This document shows, piece by piece, positions 38,151 through 49,914 of a stretch of 64,000 bases of DNA (the stretch's first letter is position 1; each line of letters starts with the position of its first letter). The DNA is taken from positions 2,055,308 to 2,119,307 of the forward strand of contig MU061578.1 of the NCBI GenBank assembly GCA_013265495.1, given 5' to 3'. The translations under genes were made by a program, and so were the position numbers. This stretch comes from Vicugna vicugna. Its lineage: Eukaryota. The notes under the pieces are model-generated. The model saw nothing but the letters and a program-made list of their open reading frames with translations, did not search any database and was not told the origin of the DNA.

Positions 38151-38659
38151 TAACGGAAGGGCAATGTTGGCAGGAGCCCTTGCACAGACTCTATGGAGGA
38201 AAGACAAAGAGGACCGTTCAGCGCGTGCAGCTAACTAATGACCTGCCAATGATTCCTGAACTTCTTTCTTCACTTGAGGAACTCTGTCATGCTCCTTGAA
38301 CAGAGGTCTGAGACAGCCTGTGATTGATGAAGAGTTCAGATGATTCAGGATAAATGTTTTCCATAAAACATTGCTCACATAGGTTTGCTGGACTGGGAAA
38401 TGCAGACACGCCAGCATCTTCCATAGATCAGAAAACCAGAAAAATCCTGATGAGGTCAAGGGGATGTTAATTGGAGTTAGTCAAACTCTGACTGCAGTAT
38501 GACATACAAATTTGTATATATTTGTAACATCCAACATGGGTACCAAGCAAGACACTGACAGGCTAGAAGGGGTATATGAAAAATACCAATTGCATATTAA
38601 TTATGGACAATTAGATATTTAACAAAGTTCTCTAGTGCTGGAAACAGGAAGTTCACTAG

Positions 38660-38895
38660 AGTAGGAGGACATCTTTGCACTTCAGGGCACAATAAAGGGT
38701 GCGTGTGTGTCGGGGGAGTGGATACTCCATCACCAGGACAGAAATGTGGAGGAGGGCGAGAGAGGCAGCTCTGTACCCTCCCCTCAACTTTGGATCAGTA
38801 AAAGCCCCTCAGCTTTGATCTGTTTTCCATGTTGGGTACCCACATACATTCCATTCAAAGAAAGAGAATTCCATCACCTTGTTGAAAAGATACTA
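38660..38895. mobile_element. MER117-like hAT fragment
   Basis: gatctgttttccatgttgggtaccc...ccattcaaagaaag. Confidence 0.45.
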
Positions 38896-39935
38896 GCCCT
38901 GATACGCAGAAGCCTAAGCACTCCAGATGATAAGACTGTCTGCGCACTTAGACCCCATGACAGCCCCTCCTCTGCCCAATATCTGATTTATACTATTATT
39001 TGCTTTTGACGATTCTCCACTTTCTTCCTTTTTTTCATAGACAATGCAAATGTAAATGTCAGCCTAGTTTACTCCAATATCCCCCAAGTTTGAAAAAAAA
39101 ATCGCAATGAGGTCCAATGTTGAGAATATTGGAGACTTTCAAAGAGATCTAAGTCACTCCAGGGAAAAAGCTTCCACATCTGGAGCATCTAGTGTACGTC
39201 CATGAATTCTTTGCAGAACAGAATAAAGGAAAGTGGGTTGACACTGTGCCCTCTCCGCAGGGACTTAGGAGTTTATAGAGACTGAAAACCCAAACACCTA
39301 CTAATTCAGTTCACAAGTAATGACGAGGAACAGCTGGGGAGATACTAACAAAAGAGAGAAGCTCATTTTTAGCTCCAGTGTTTTCTTTTTTTTTCTAAGC
39401 GGATATAAAAACTCAATATTGTCAAATTTTCACATTTCTCAAGAGAAATCAGAATTCAGATTTCATATCAGATAGTCTAACATCTTAAAAATTAGCAAAC
39501 AATACATAGTAAGCAAAAAAAGAAAAACAAAATTAAGTGAACAGACAACATAAAACATCATGAGAACTGAACAAAAGAGGTTTACACATTGAATCTGACA
39601 CTCTGGCAAACTGAGTGATTTCAGGGAAGACGTTACGTGAGTGAGGTTCATTTTGCTCTTGGGTGGGCTGCCTTGGGGTGACTGTGAAAACCATTTCCAT
39701 TCCATCTGTAAAAATGAAATCATTATTTTGTTTTCCTTGGCAGAATTCATTTATCTTCTGGGACCCAGTAGGATTTGAATATCCCATGAGTCCAGAGATT
39801 TCATGATTCTTCAAAGAGCTCTGGAAGCAACCTAGAAGGAATCCACCAGGGAAATTGCAGGTGTGGGCCACTTCTCACATAGTCGTGAGATCTCCGTATC
39901 AGTATCCCAGAGTTGGCATTTGATTAGGCTCTGGG

Positions 39936-40453
39936 TGAGGCGGGAAGCCCCATAAAAAGACAGGCAGGACCCCGAGGCAGGGTCACTACACTCCTGCCAG
40001 CACCATCCAATTCCCTGGCCCAGAGCCTCTATCTCACTTTTTGCCTCTGAAATGGCTTACTTACCCCTTAAATTCTATTGGTTCCCTGAGCTCACTTCTG
40101 ATTGGTTATTTCCTTCACTCCTGATTGGTTATTTCTCTCCCTCCTGATTGGTCCATTTCTACAAAGCCTGTTCCTAATTAGTCAACTTTCGTTATACCTC
40201 ATTTGCGTATGATGTTGCAATGTGTAAACTGGTAGCCGATAAAAGTCGGTGTAAACCTACAGAGGGCGTCAAGAGCTTGGAGTGTTAAGTCCTCTGGGCC
40301 TGCTGGTGTAATAAACCTGAGTTCTCCAACTTTCCGAGTGCTGCTTGGTCTCTCACCTGGATCCAGGTTGCTGTCACAACTGAGCTGTAACACCGAGCTA
40401 TAACACTGAGCTGTAGAAAAGCTAGCTGAGCTGTAATACATTTTTCCACAACA
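39936..40453 (+). mobile_element. ERV1-type solo LTR with tandem CCAAT boxes, 518 bp
   Basis: TGAGG...CAACA termini, perfect TSD TGGG (39932-39935 / 40454-40457), AATAAA at ~40310, four ATTGG boxes at 23-24 bp spacing. Confidence 0.9.
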
Positions 40454-40951
40454 TGGGGTTGAAATTATTATTTTAAGTCATATCACCAGTCCTGTCACGT
40501 GGCTACAAATTCATGGTGCTCTCAGATTCAGATCTACACCAAAGTGCATTGCCCTGGACAAGAGGAAGGAATCCATGCAGCCACTTTAGCAGGTTCCCTT
40601 CTGGTCAAGGCTCCACCCATCTCCCCTGGGCTCTGTGCCCAGGCAAGGGGGCTGATCTGGACCAATGAACGCCTCTGGTTTCCTGGTGGCTTTGGTCGAC
40701 GAGGAGCACCAGCAGAGACAGAGGGAAGAGGAGAGAGAGGCTGAGATATTTACTCCCCTGACTCTCTTGCTGCAGGGTGGCTGTGCACTGGCTGCACCCC
40801 TGAATTACATTCCACTGTTCTCTCTGCCCAAAGGCCCAGTAACTGCTCCCTCTGCTGCCCTGTCAATCCTTGATGTGGTAACCATCTCTCTGTTACCAGG
40901 CGCAGGGCACAGAAATATTCCCTGTGACTCCCCCATCCATGCTGTGGTAAA

Positions 40952-41389
40952 TGTTGTGGGACCCAGTGGGGTGGTCCGTTGGTGACATGGTGATGCGTGC
41001 AGCTTGGTAGAAGAATTTACCAGAGAGAAAGTATGAGAACAGAAAAGGAATTTATCAAGTAAGCTGCTAGAGACAACAGTGGAGCCTGTGTGAGCCCCGA
41101 GGGCCAGTTGTTGGGATGTCATGTAAGGTCAGGTCACAAGGCGCCTGATTGGCTTGTGCACAGGGCTCTGATTGGCTGTAGGTGAGGTGAGAGGTTTAGG
41201 GTCTGTGAAGAGTGGTGGGGTTTATAACTCTGACAAGGTGGGCTGAAATGAACCAGCCTGAGCTACTGTGAGATTATTACCTAGGGCTATTAGTTTGTTA
41301 GGGGAAACACACCCAGTAAAGAATGTGCTTTATCTGTTGAGGGATCACAGGCAGACATCTGAGAGCCCAGAAATCAGGGTCGTTTGGCA
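40952..41389 (-). mobile_element. ERVL-type (MER74/LTR53-like) solo LTR, 438 bp
   Basis: TGTT...GGCA termini and perfect 5-bp TSD GTAAA (40947-40951 / 41390-41394); agaagaatttacca...gagaaagtatga motif. Confidence 0.8.
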
Positions 41390-41465
41390 GTAAATAGTCC
41401 CTCACTTCAAGTTATCCAATTTTAACGCGCCACTGAAACCAAGTCCCCCTAAAACCAAGTTCCTC

Positions 41466-42706
41466 TGCTAAGTTGATGACAAACCGACTTTATCCAAAAT
41501 GTTATTCCCTTTCTTGGCCAACACCTGTTCCCCTCGACTGAGAAGTGTCAAAGAAAAGCAGGAACTGAAACCAAACAGGACCCTGTGGGGCCCTCCCAAG
41601 TACAAAAAGCCTTTCCATGTCCCCCGTTTCTTGTTTGTGGGAAAAAAAGGTTTCAGCCTCCTCCACCTTCCCTGAGTTCCAAAGGGCAAGTTCAAACTGT
41701 TACTAATTAGGGGAGGAAGGGAATGCAGAAAGAAACAATAGTGTGGTCATGGGGCCTGGTCCTGGTTCTTCCTGGGGGATGTGCCTAACAGCCTGATACA
41801 GATCTCTGAGTTCTTCCCCAGGCACTAGGGCCCACCCAGGTGGAGGGTGGTGACTTCAGGCTGAGCACAAGCAGTAGACCCCAGATTGGTTGCAACCAGA
41901 AGGCTGGTGATTGAGATTCCTGGACCACCCTGTTACTCCTCCACCAATCAGAGAAGGTCACGCACCCTGCAGAACCTCCCCAGTAATTTGGCCTATAAAA
42001 ACTCTTCCCCTAAAACCATGGAAGTTCGGGCCTAATGAGCACAAGCTACTCATTCTTCTTGCTCAGCCCTGCAATAAATTTTTCCCTGCTCCAAACTCTG
42101 ACATTCCAGTGTGTCTGGCCTCGCTGTGCATCGGGCACACAAACCTCGGTTCTGTTGCAGAAAAATGTGTTATAGCTCAGTTGTGACAAGGGGAGAGATC
42201 AAACAGCACACGGAAAGTCGGAGAACTCAGTTTATTACGCCAGTGCACCCAGAGGAATTAACACTCCCAGCTCTGGACCCCATCTGTAGGTTTACACAGG
42301 CTTTTATAGGCTGCCAGTTTACATTATGTAACATCATATGCAAATAAGGTATAACAAAAGTTGACTAATTAGGAACAGGCTTTGTAGAAATGGACCAATC
42401 AGGAGGAAGAGAAATAACCAATCAGGAGTGAGGGAAATGGACCAGTCAGGAGTGAGAGAAATAACCAATCAGGAGTGAGCTCCATGCAAATAAAGTACTA
42501 CAAATGGACCAACCAGGAGTTAGCTCAGGGAACCAATATAATTTTAAGGGTAAGTTCTACTTTCCTAGATATCAGCCATTTCAGAGGCAAAAAGTGAGAT
42601 AGAGCCACTGGGCCAGGGAATTAGATGGTGCTGACAGGAGTGTAGTGGCCCTGCCTGGGAGTCCTGCCAGTCTTTTTATGGGGCTTCCCATCTCAGTTCT
42701 ACAACA
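41466..42706 (+). mobile_element. ERV1-type solo LTR containing a nested LTR near its 3' end
   Basis: TGCT...CAACA termini, perfect TSD CCTC (41462-41465 / 42707-42710), CCAAT at ~41945, TATAAAA at ~41995, AATAAA at ~42073. Confidence 0.85.
42153..42695 (-). mobile_element. ERV1-type solo LTR, same family as 39936-40453, 543 bp
   Basis: Reverse complement aligns end to end with 39936-40453; perfect TSD GTTC (42149-42152 / 42696-42699). Confidence 0.92.
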
Positions 42707-43253
42707 CCTCCAGTTTCCTGCTGGAACCTCCACCACTGCGCACACTGAAACCCTCACTGCTCATGGAGAGCAGGAAAACACATATACACCAACCACACAC
42801 ACTCCCTAAACTTCCCCAACCTGGCTGCTAAGCCAGTTCTGAGTGTGCCATTCAAGAAGCCCAGCTCTTGTCCCCAGCAATCGTCCTGACCTTGGCTCTC
42901 GTGATCTTTTACTTGGAAGCAAGGCTTCTATGGGGTCTGTATCCTATGATGAGGTGGATGCCACAGTGGGGGTGCAGAGAAAAGTTCTCAACTGCTGAGA
43001 TCCCAGAGTCCCTGGAAAGATGGCCATTTATTTCTTTAGTGCCATGTCTCTTCCCTTGTAATGAAATGATGAGACTGACACAGCCCCCATCCTGCTTCAT
43101 TCTTGTTGTGATGCTGCATAAATCAGTGTGACGTAAGAGTCCAAGACCTCTCCTTCTGGCCACATGAAGCCTGGCCACCAAGCTAGAACGTAATCTATGT
43201 GTGTAAGGAGGCAAAGTGGACTTGAGCGTCTAAGAGTTCTGACTGTCCTCCTA

Positions 43254-43812
43254 TGTCAGAGAACTCAATTCCAAAGGCAAGGCTTCAGCACAGCAGCTAG
43301 ACACACGATAAAAGAAATGTTCACATATGGAGGTCTAGGGAGGTCATTCGGGCTTATATATGAGTTAACTTGAATTTCATGCTAACTAGAACAGCCTGTT
43401 TGTGGCCTATCAAATCTACACTGTACATCTGCTTTAATTATTAAAGAAAAGGGCGCATTGACCAAAAGTAAAGAATAGCCATGTTAAAAATAAAGATTCA
43501 ATGCTTCCCTTTCTGGGACGCTAGTCCCGGTCGCCCTTAGATGATAAGACCCCCTTCCCAGGTGCTAAGGCTGAACTGACTCACTATATACATGTTGATC
43601 TGTTTTTCTGAAATCTTGAAGGAATGTGTCCCTGACTTGTTTGATGTTCTTTGTTCTGACAGGCATAAAACTGTGCTGATAACCATGCTTCTCTGAAGCA
43701 GTGCGTCAGAGTTATCTGAGAGGCTGTCTTCCAGGCTACAGTTACCAATTTGCTTAAAATAAACCTCTCTTCTTTTCCTATTATAGGTTGTTTATTGATT
43801 AATTTTGTTGAC
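43254..43812 (+). mobile_element. MER34-like ERV1 solo LTR
   Basis: TGTCAGAGA start; gagcag-like segment...atctgagaggctgtcttccaggctacag...aaaataaacctc...gttgac end; flanks CCTA/CCAA. Confidence 0.75.
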
Positions 43813-44109
43813 CCAAAGATTTGTCTCTCTCCCACACACATGTCCACACTCCCTAACTATTCCACGTGACATAATAATCATCCTTAAACAGATTTTATCT
43901 TTTTTTTCCCCTTGGTTCCTCCTCAAAAATTTTCATAAAAGCAGGTACTATCATGAACTTATGGTGGGACTCCAAAAGTCATGGAGGGTAATTGGTTGCC
44001 AAGCATCAAAAGCCTTGAAAATGTGTTTGCCTTTCCACCAATTCCTTACTTGGGTATTTATTCTAAGACAACATGTGGATTTGGACTCTAAATTATATAT
44101 GCAACCATG

Positions 44110-44400
44110 TTTAACAGTTTGCAGTTGGAAGAAAAAAGAGACAACATACATACCCTCCCCTAGAAAACTGGTTAAATAAAGTATGGAATATTATGTGGCC
44201 AATAAAAATAATGCTGTGGAGAATATTTATTGATGTGGAAAGACGTCTTTAAAATATCGTTGAATTTTCAGAGCAAGTTTATAGTGTGATATGTGCATCT
44301 GTGATTCAGTTTCTGTAAACAGAGTATGCAAAGATGGAGATGGACAGAAATGCACTTTGAAAAGACTGGAGGGTATTTGGAACTCACATGAGATTAACCA
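44110..44400 (+). mobile_element. L1ME-like 3' fragment
   Basis: actggttaaataaagtatgg...ttattgatgtggaaagacgtc...gaaaagactggaggg. Confidence 0.65.
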
Positions 44401-44661
44401 GAGCTTGTGGAAAGGGGGACAGAGCCTCCTCCCTCCTCTCCAGCTCGACTCACAGCCAGTGAGAGTGAGGAGGAGGCTAGAGCCTGGGCTGTGGGTTCCT
44501 GTGCCAGTGGATGGAATGCCACTGACTGCAGAATGTGGAAACTGATCACTCAGTCCTTAGAGTTTTTGCATTTCCTAGCACATACCTGGCACTTGGCTAG
44601 GCACTCAGACATAGTAGTGAATAAAATACAGCCATGCCCACATGGAACTTGTGGTCTAGAG

Positions 44662-44877
44662 CAGGGGCCAGTACACTCCTGCCCAAGGGCCAAATCCAGC
44701 CTGCCACCTTGTAAATAAAGTTTTATTTAAACACTGTCATGCCCATTTGTGTATATACTATCTCTGACTGTTCTCACTTCAGGGCAGAGTTGAGTCATTG
44801 TGATAGAAATCAGGTGACCTTACAAAGCCAAAAATATTTACTCTTGGAACCGTTATGAACAGGTATGCCAACCCCTG
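44662..44877 (+). mobile_element. MER58A DNA transposon
   Basis: CAGGGG...CCCCTG termini, gggccaaatccagcctgcc, tgtaaataaagttttat, aaagccaaaaatatttact; 8-bp flanks GTCTAGAG/GCCTAGAA. Confidence 0.88.
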
Positions 44878-47439
44878 GCCTAGAAACTTGCTACTAAAAA
44901 TGGGGGTACCTGGACCAGCAGCATCGGGACCACCTGGATACTGCAACAAGTTTAGTTCATCCAAGACCTTACGAATTGGAGTCCTCCACTTGAGCAATAT
45001 AGCCATTATAATTGAAGAAAGCTCGAGGGTCCAACAAGCCCCCATTGCTCCATCCTCTTTTCCAAAAATTTAAAAGTTTGTGTAGACATGATCTCTGAGT
45101 TAGAAAAAGACTCCTCGTGAGGTACTGTCAGGAGAATGTTCCTGCAAGCGCCCGCGTCCTCAGTATCAGTGCATCAGACGAGGCTGGCCAAGCTCTGAAT
45201 CTCCCACCCAGCAGGGTCTGCTCCACTAAATAAGAATTAACACATATCATCTGCCCAGACTTACCTATCCTATATTAATTACAAGTGCAGCATTTAACTT
45301 AAACGAACCATCCGGCCATACGAGTGGCAATATTCAAGCTATCAATTTTACAGCACCGCTCAGGAAAATGCAGTGATATATCATCCCACCCAAAATACAA
45401 AGGTCAAATGATATTAGTTAATGCAGCGACTCAACTCACTGCAGCTAAATGGGTATTCTTGATTATGGCTCCTTGATTGAGAACTAATGCCTCATTAATC
45501 TTCAACATATCAACCTGAGAACATCAGCGAAGTCAAACAGAATAATGGCCAACATTTCAATGAACACAGCCTCATGCTCGCCGGGTAAGAAGCACGCCCT
45601 GCAGACGTGGTTGTGTTTCTTGCCTCCTTCACCCAGGTGGATTCATTGAAAGCCTGTAAAGAAATAGGCTTAAAATGGATCTCTATCTGTCTCTCTGTCT
45701 GTGTGTCTCTCGCACACACATACACACATGCGCACACAGCGTTTTTAGATAAGCAGGCAGACAGGAATTTTCTCTCTGGAGGTTTTCACTTGCATGTTAC
45801 AGAAGGAAAGAGAAATTGATGGGCTTCTATGGCTCTAAGCCCAGTGAGTCACATTCACTCTGAGGTCCCTGTGTTCATATACCTCTGCTTATTTATCATG
45901 TGTCACTGGTCAGGAGAGAGAGACCAGAGGACAGAAGGTCACTGGTTAAACCTTGGGGGCATGGCACACTCTGTATCCATTTCAGTTGAGACAGGATGCT
46001 TCTAGTGGGTCTCAGAGTGCTTGGGGGTGGGGGAGCGAGAGAAAGGAGAACAGAAGAGCCCCTGCCCGGAGCAGCTGTGTCCTCGCACTGACCCGGGTCA
46101 GCGGAGGTCTGCTTCTGTCTTGAGTCTCCAGAGTGCCTCCTGACAGTGAATTGCAGTTCCTCGTTGCATTTTTAGAGAAACTACAGTGAAAATTCCAACA
46201 CACACACACACAGAGGCATGCGCATGAAGTCTTGGTGATTCACACTAATTGCAGGAAGGTCATCTGAAAAGCTGTAAGCTGGAGGCTACTGTTCAAAGGA
46301 ATTCATGCTTCTAGGTTTTCACCATACGTGCTACTTAGTGATGGTGATGAAAGGGTTACCCATTAGTGATCTCACTTTAATGAACAGATAAAATTTGAGT
46401 CAATTACAGAAGTAGCTTTTGTGGAAGAGGGTTGCCTAAGCCACGTTAACCTTTTTTTCCCTCCAGTGCAATCTGTGCAGCAGCTGCATCCTTTTCACAT
46501 AAACACAGAGCCTTCTAAAGAACTCGAAAACTCTTTGTTCTTTGAAGAAGGAAGTTATTCTCTTGTTTATCTCTTTTTTTTTTCCTTTTTCAAAAGGTTT
46601 TTTTTTTTAATGTGTTGTGTCTAGGTATATTCAACCTGATTCCATTCGTAAAGATGGTAATTTGGTGGAGGATTTTTACAGTTCATCTCTCTGTATATTT
46701 AAGCTCAACCCTTAACTCTTACGGTGCAGAGTACCTGCTTTGTAGGTAATTTATTTTCCATTTTTAAAAATCTCAGTATTTCTTTTCTCATGGCTTGATG
46801 CATGCTAGCATGGGTGTGTTTGGCAATTCATGTTAACGTGTGGAATTTTTAAAAATTGTGACAATAGTGAACGTAGCTTCTAAATACCTTCCATGCCTCA
46901 GATGCTGGAGCTTCACACACATCATATCCAGTTTTCCAAACCTGCCCCCAGATGGGAACTAAGGCTCCAAGAGGTTAAGAGCTTTATTTACCCAAGGCAA
47001 CTGTTGATTATTGGCAGGACGGTCATTTTTCCAGGTCTGTCCAGCTCCTAAGGCAAGCTCATCCTTCAAAGCACATGTCGCCATAGAAGTTACAGACCTT
47101 CCAAAAAAGAAAAAGAAACAGAAAACCCAGAAACGACACAATAATTTCCTAAACCCAACAGCAACATCTTTGGGACGCGAGAGAGGTCATGTCGTATAGA
47201 TGCTCCACCCAGAGCACAGAGGGCTGGACTCTCAGCTCCTATCGCGCTGTTCTGCATGCTCCTTATCAATAAATAATACTTCATAAAGGTCTCCAGAGAT
47301 ATTAATCCAAACAAACTAGAGCCTAATTGCCATTTTCCAGCATGGAACTGCGATGATGATTATTCTTTAATTCTTTCTCCATGCTGCCAGCCTGGGGCTC
47401 ACAGCTCTGCTCTCTTAACTCTGAGCTGCAGTCACCAGT

Positions 47440-47600
47440 GGGCGGGGAAAGTAGGGCCATCAGACCAGGGAGGTCTGGATTCAAATCAAGAGCATCTGCC
47501 TCCTGTCTGTGTGGTCCTAAGCTGGTGTCTTGGAGCTCCTCTGTAAATTGGGAAGAATAAAATTAACCATATAGGATTATTTCAGGGTCAATATAAGATG
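47440..47600 (+). mobile_element. MIR remnant
   Basis: tctggattcaaatc...ctctgtaaattgggaagaataa...cataggattatt. Confidence 0.6.
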
Positions 47601-48639
47601 ATATATCGTCACCCTACCGTCAGATCTCAAATGGTCCAAGTTCAATAATGGAAGGTGGTGGGGGAATGTCAAGAACACAAAGAATGCTTTCAGAATAAAC
47701 TCAATTTCTTCTTTTTGTTTCCTGAGGACCTTTAGGGGAGGCATAACCCAAAATAGGACATCTTTACAAGTCCCCTGCCATCCACTTCCCTCAGACCCTG
47801 CAACTATGTCCACACATCTCTCCCCAAAAGCCGCAGCCCACCTGCTCTTATTCTCTTTAACTCCTGATTCTGCAGCCAGAAGAACCCAGTCGGGCAGAAG
47901 AAGAAATCTCTTGGGAGGACAGGGAAAAGGAAGAAATCAAACAGGTCAAACTAGAATCCAGTCACTGGGAGTAAGTAGTCTGAGGATGCTCAGATGTGAA
48001 GAAGTTTGGTCATAGGTTGTCTGTGAAATACTCCGGCCAGCACCTGGCCCATGTGTATAACATTCTGATTATGGTCCAGGGTCAACTGACTCCCTTCAGT
48101 GGGGGCCATTGGACACACAAGCTGGTCTGGGGAGATTCACCGAGGAAGATACACTACATCCCACTGGCTTTCTGTGGGCTCAACCCCAGCTCATCCTAGG
48201 TGGCTTCATCGGTTCTGAAGCAGGGGTGCTGGGTGTGTCTATGTGTGTGTGTTGGGGGGTTACCCTCGCTTCTCACAGATTCTGTTCTGTGGGCACTAGC
48301 CCCATCTGAACAACTTAGCCCAGGATCATTGTCATGGCCAGCATCAGCCAAAGAGCCCAGAGCAAGACAGGAGAATGAGACCATTTCTCCTGCCCCCAAA
48401 GCATTTAAACTCGTCTCTGGATACCACTATCTTCTAAGAGCTGGAGGCGGAGGAGAGTGGAGAAGAATGGGAACAGTATTCTGCCCAGATTCCCTACCCT
48501 ACTGGCACCCGCCCAAAGTCAATGAACCTGTGCTGAACCAGGAGCCCACGGTCTCACCTTCTCATCCCCAATCTCATCTCTGGCAGTGACTAACTTGAAC
48601 AAAACTTTTAAAATTGTCTGTTTTCTATGACATTCAACA

Positions 48640-48850
48640 CCCAGCATCTGCTAAGCATCATCTAATGCTGTATTCTTCATAATATTCTCTCATTTCTTAG
48701 GGGAAATTGGCTATAAGTTAAGTTTTTGTCTTCCCCTTTAATGAAAAGTAAACTGAAGCTCAGATAGGGTAAGTAACTCACCCAAGGTCACACAGCAAGT
48801 CCCCAGGAGAGGTCAGATTTGAAGCACAACCATCCAGAGCCAGAGGGGTG
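48640..48850 (-). mobile_element. MIR
   Basis: aaactgaagctcagatagggtaagtaactcacccaaggtcacacagc. Confidence 0.8.
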
Positions 48851-49699
48851 TTCTCTGTATTATACTGCACCCTCTTTCCCATCAAGGAGCTGCATTAGAT
48901 AATTTCTAAGCCTCTGTAAGTTCTGACTATGCATATGAGTTTTATCTAAAATGCTCTAGAGAAGGCAGAACAAGGAAATCTCTCTGAATCAGTCAGACTA
49001 CAAGTGTACCAGGACAGCACCACGACAGGCACACCCTGGGAAGTAACCCCTGACTTTTGATTCCTCCAGTGGCTCGTTTAGGTGTGCTCCCAGGGAGCCA
49101 GGCTGTCTGACATCACTGCCCTCTCTCAGTCGTCCCAGTGCAGGGTTCTGCTTGGGCGGGATGGCAGAGAGGTGGCAAAGGCCAGTGGTTCTGGTCAAAA
49201 CGGTACTTCCTTCCTCGAAGAAGAAGTGTGGAGTGACTGGTAAACAGCCCCAGAACAGGAAGACTTCCCAATCAGAGAGCACCTGCCTCCCCAAAGTAAA
49301 TAAAATTACATTAAAGACAGAAATATTAGAGGCCCCGATAATATAATCATAAAGTAATCACTTTGAATTAGGATAATGGCTGTGTCCAACTCCTATTGCA
49401 TTTATTTTGAATATCACATTCTTTCAACTCTCATTATTTTAATTATGTTCAATTACAGACATTCGCATATGCTTTATCATGGATATTAGTGAGGGGGAAA
49501 AGACTTTCCTGAGTTAAATGATGAACAGATATTCCATATTATATTACACTTGCACCTCCTGAAAATTTGATTTAGCTGCAGCCCAAAGAGAGGTCCCAAG
49601 ATAGACACCGATGTGAAGTGAGTCTGAATTTTTTGTGATGCTGTGGGAAACACAAGTATAGACACAGTCACTCAGAAGCCGAACTAGAGGTGGTGAAGG

Positions 49700-49900
49700 G
49701 CTGGGCTGGAGTGAGGCAGAGATTTGAGGCTTGGCTCTGGCTGTGTGGCCTCAGGAAAATCAAGCAACCTCTCTGGCACTCAGTGTCTGCATCCATAAAA
49801 CTTGGAATGCAGTTCCTACTTTGTAGGGTAGTTGTGGGGATTACATAAAATGATGCTTTAAAGTATTTCTTAGGGCAGAGTCAGTACACATAAAGGTTCA
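49700..49900 (+). mobile_element. MIR
   Basis: ggctgtgtggcctcagg...aacctctctggcactcagtgtctgcatccataaaa. Confidence 0.7.
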
Positions 49901-49914
49901 AAACCTTAGCTGTA

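Larger units (their letters stand above)
40590..42735 (+). mobile_element. LTR33-like host LTR fragmented by younger LTR insertions
   Basis: Removing the inserts restores gtaaatagtccc...gttatccaatttt...gtttcctgctgg, which resembles the LTR33 3' end. Confidence 0.65.

Noticed and set aside
40376..40440. Short direct repeats (GAGCTGTAACA) and nearby 23-bp periodic repeats as a CRISPR-like array
   Set aside because: Eukaryotic DNA, no unique spacers or cas genes; these are internal LTR repeats.
39936..43812. Intact provirus between LTRs
   Set aside because: Each LTR has its own TSD, orientations and families differ, and no gag/pol/env sequence lies between them.
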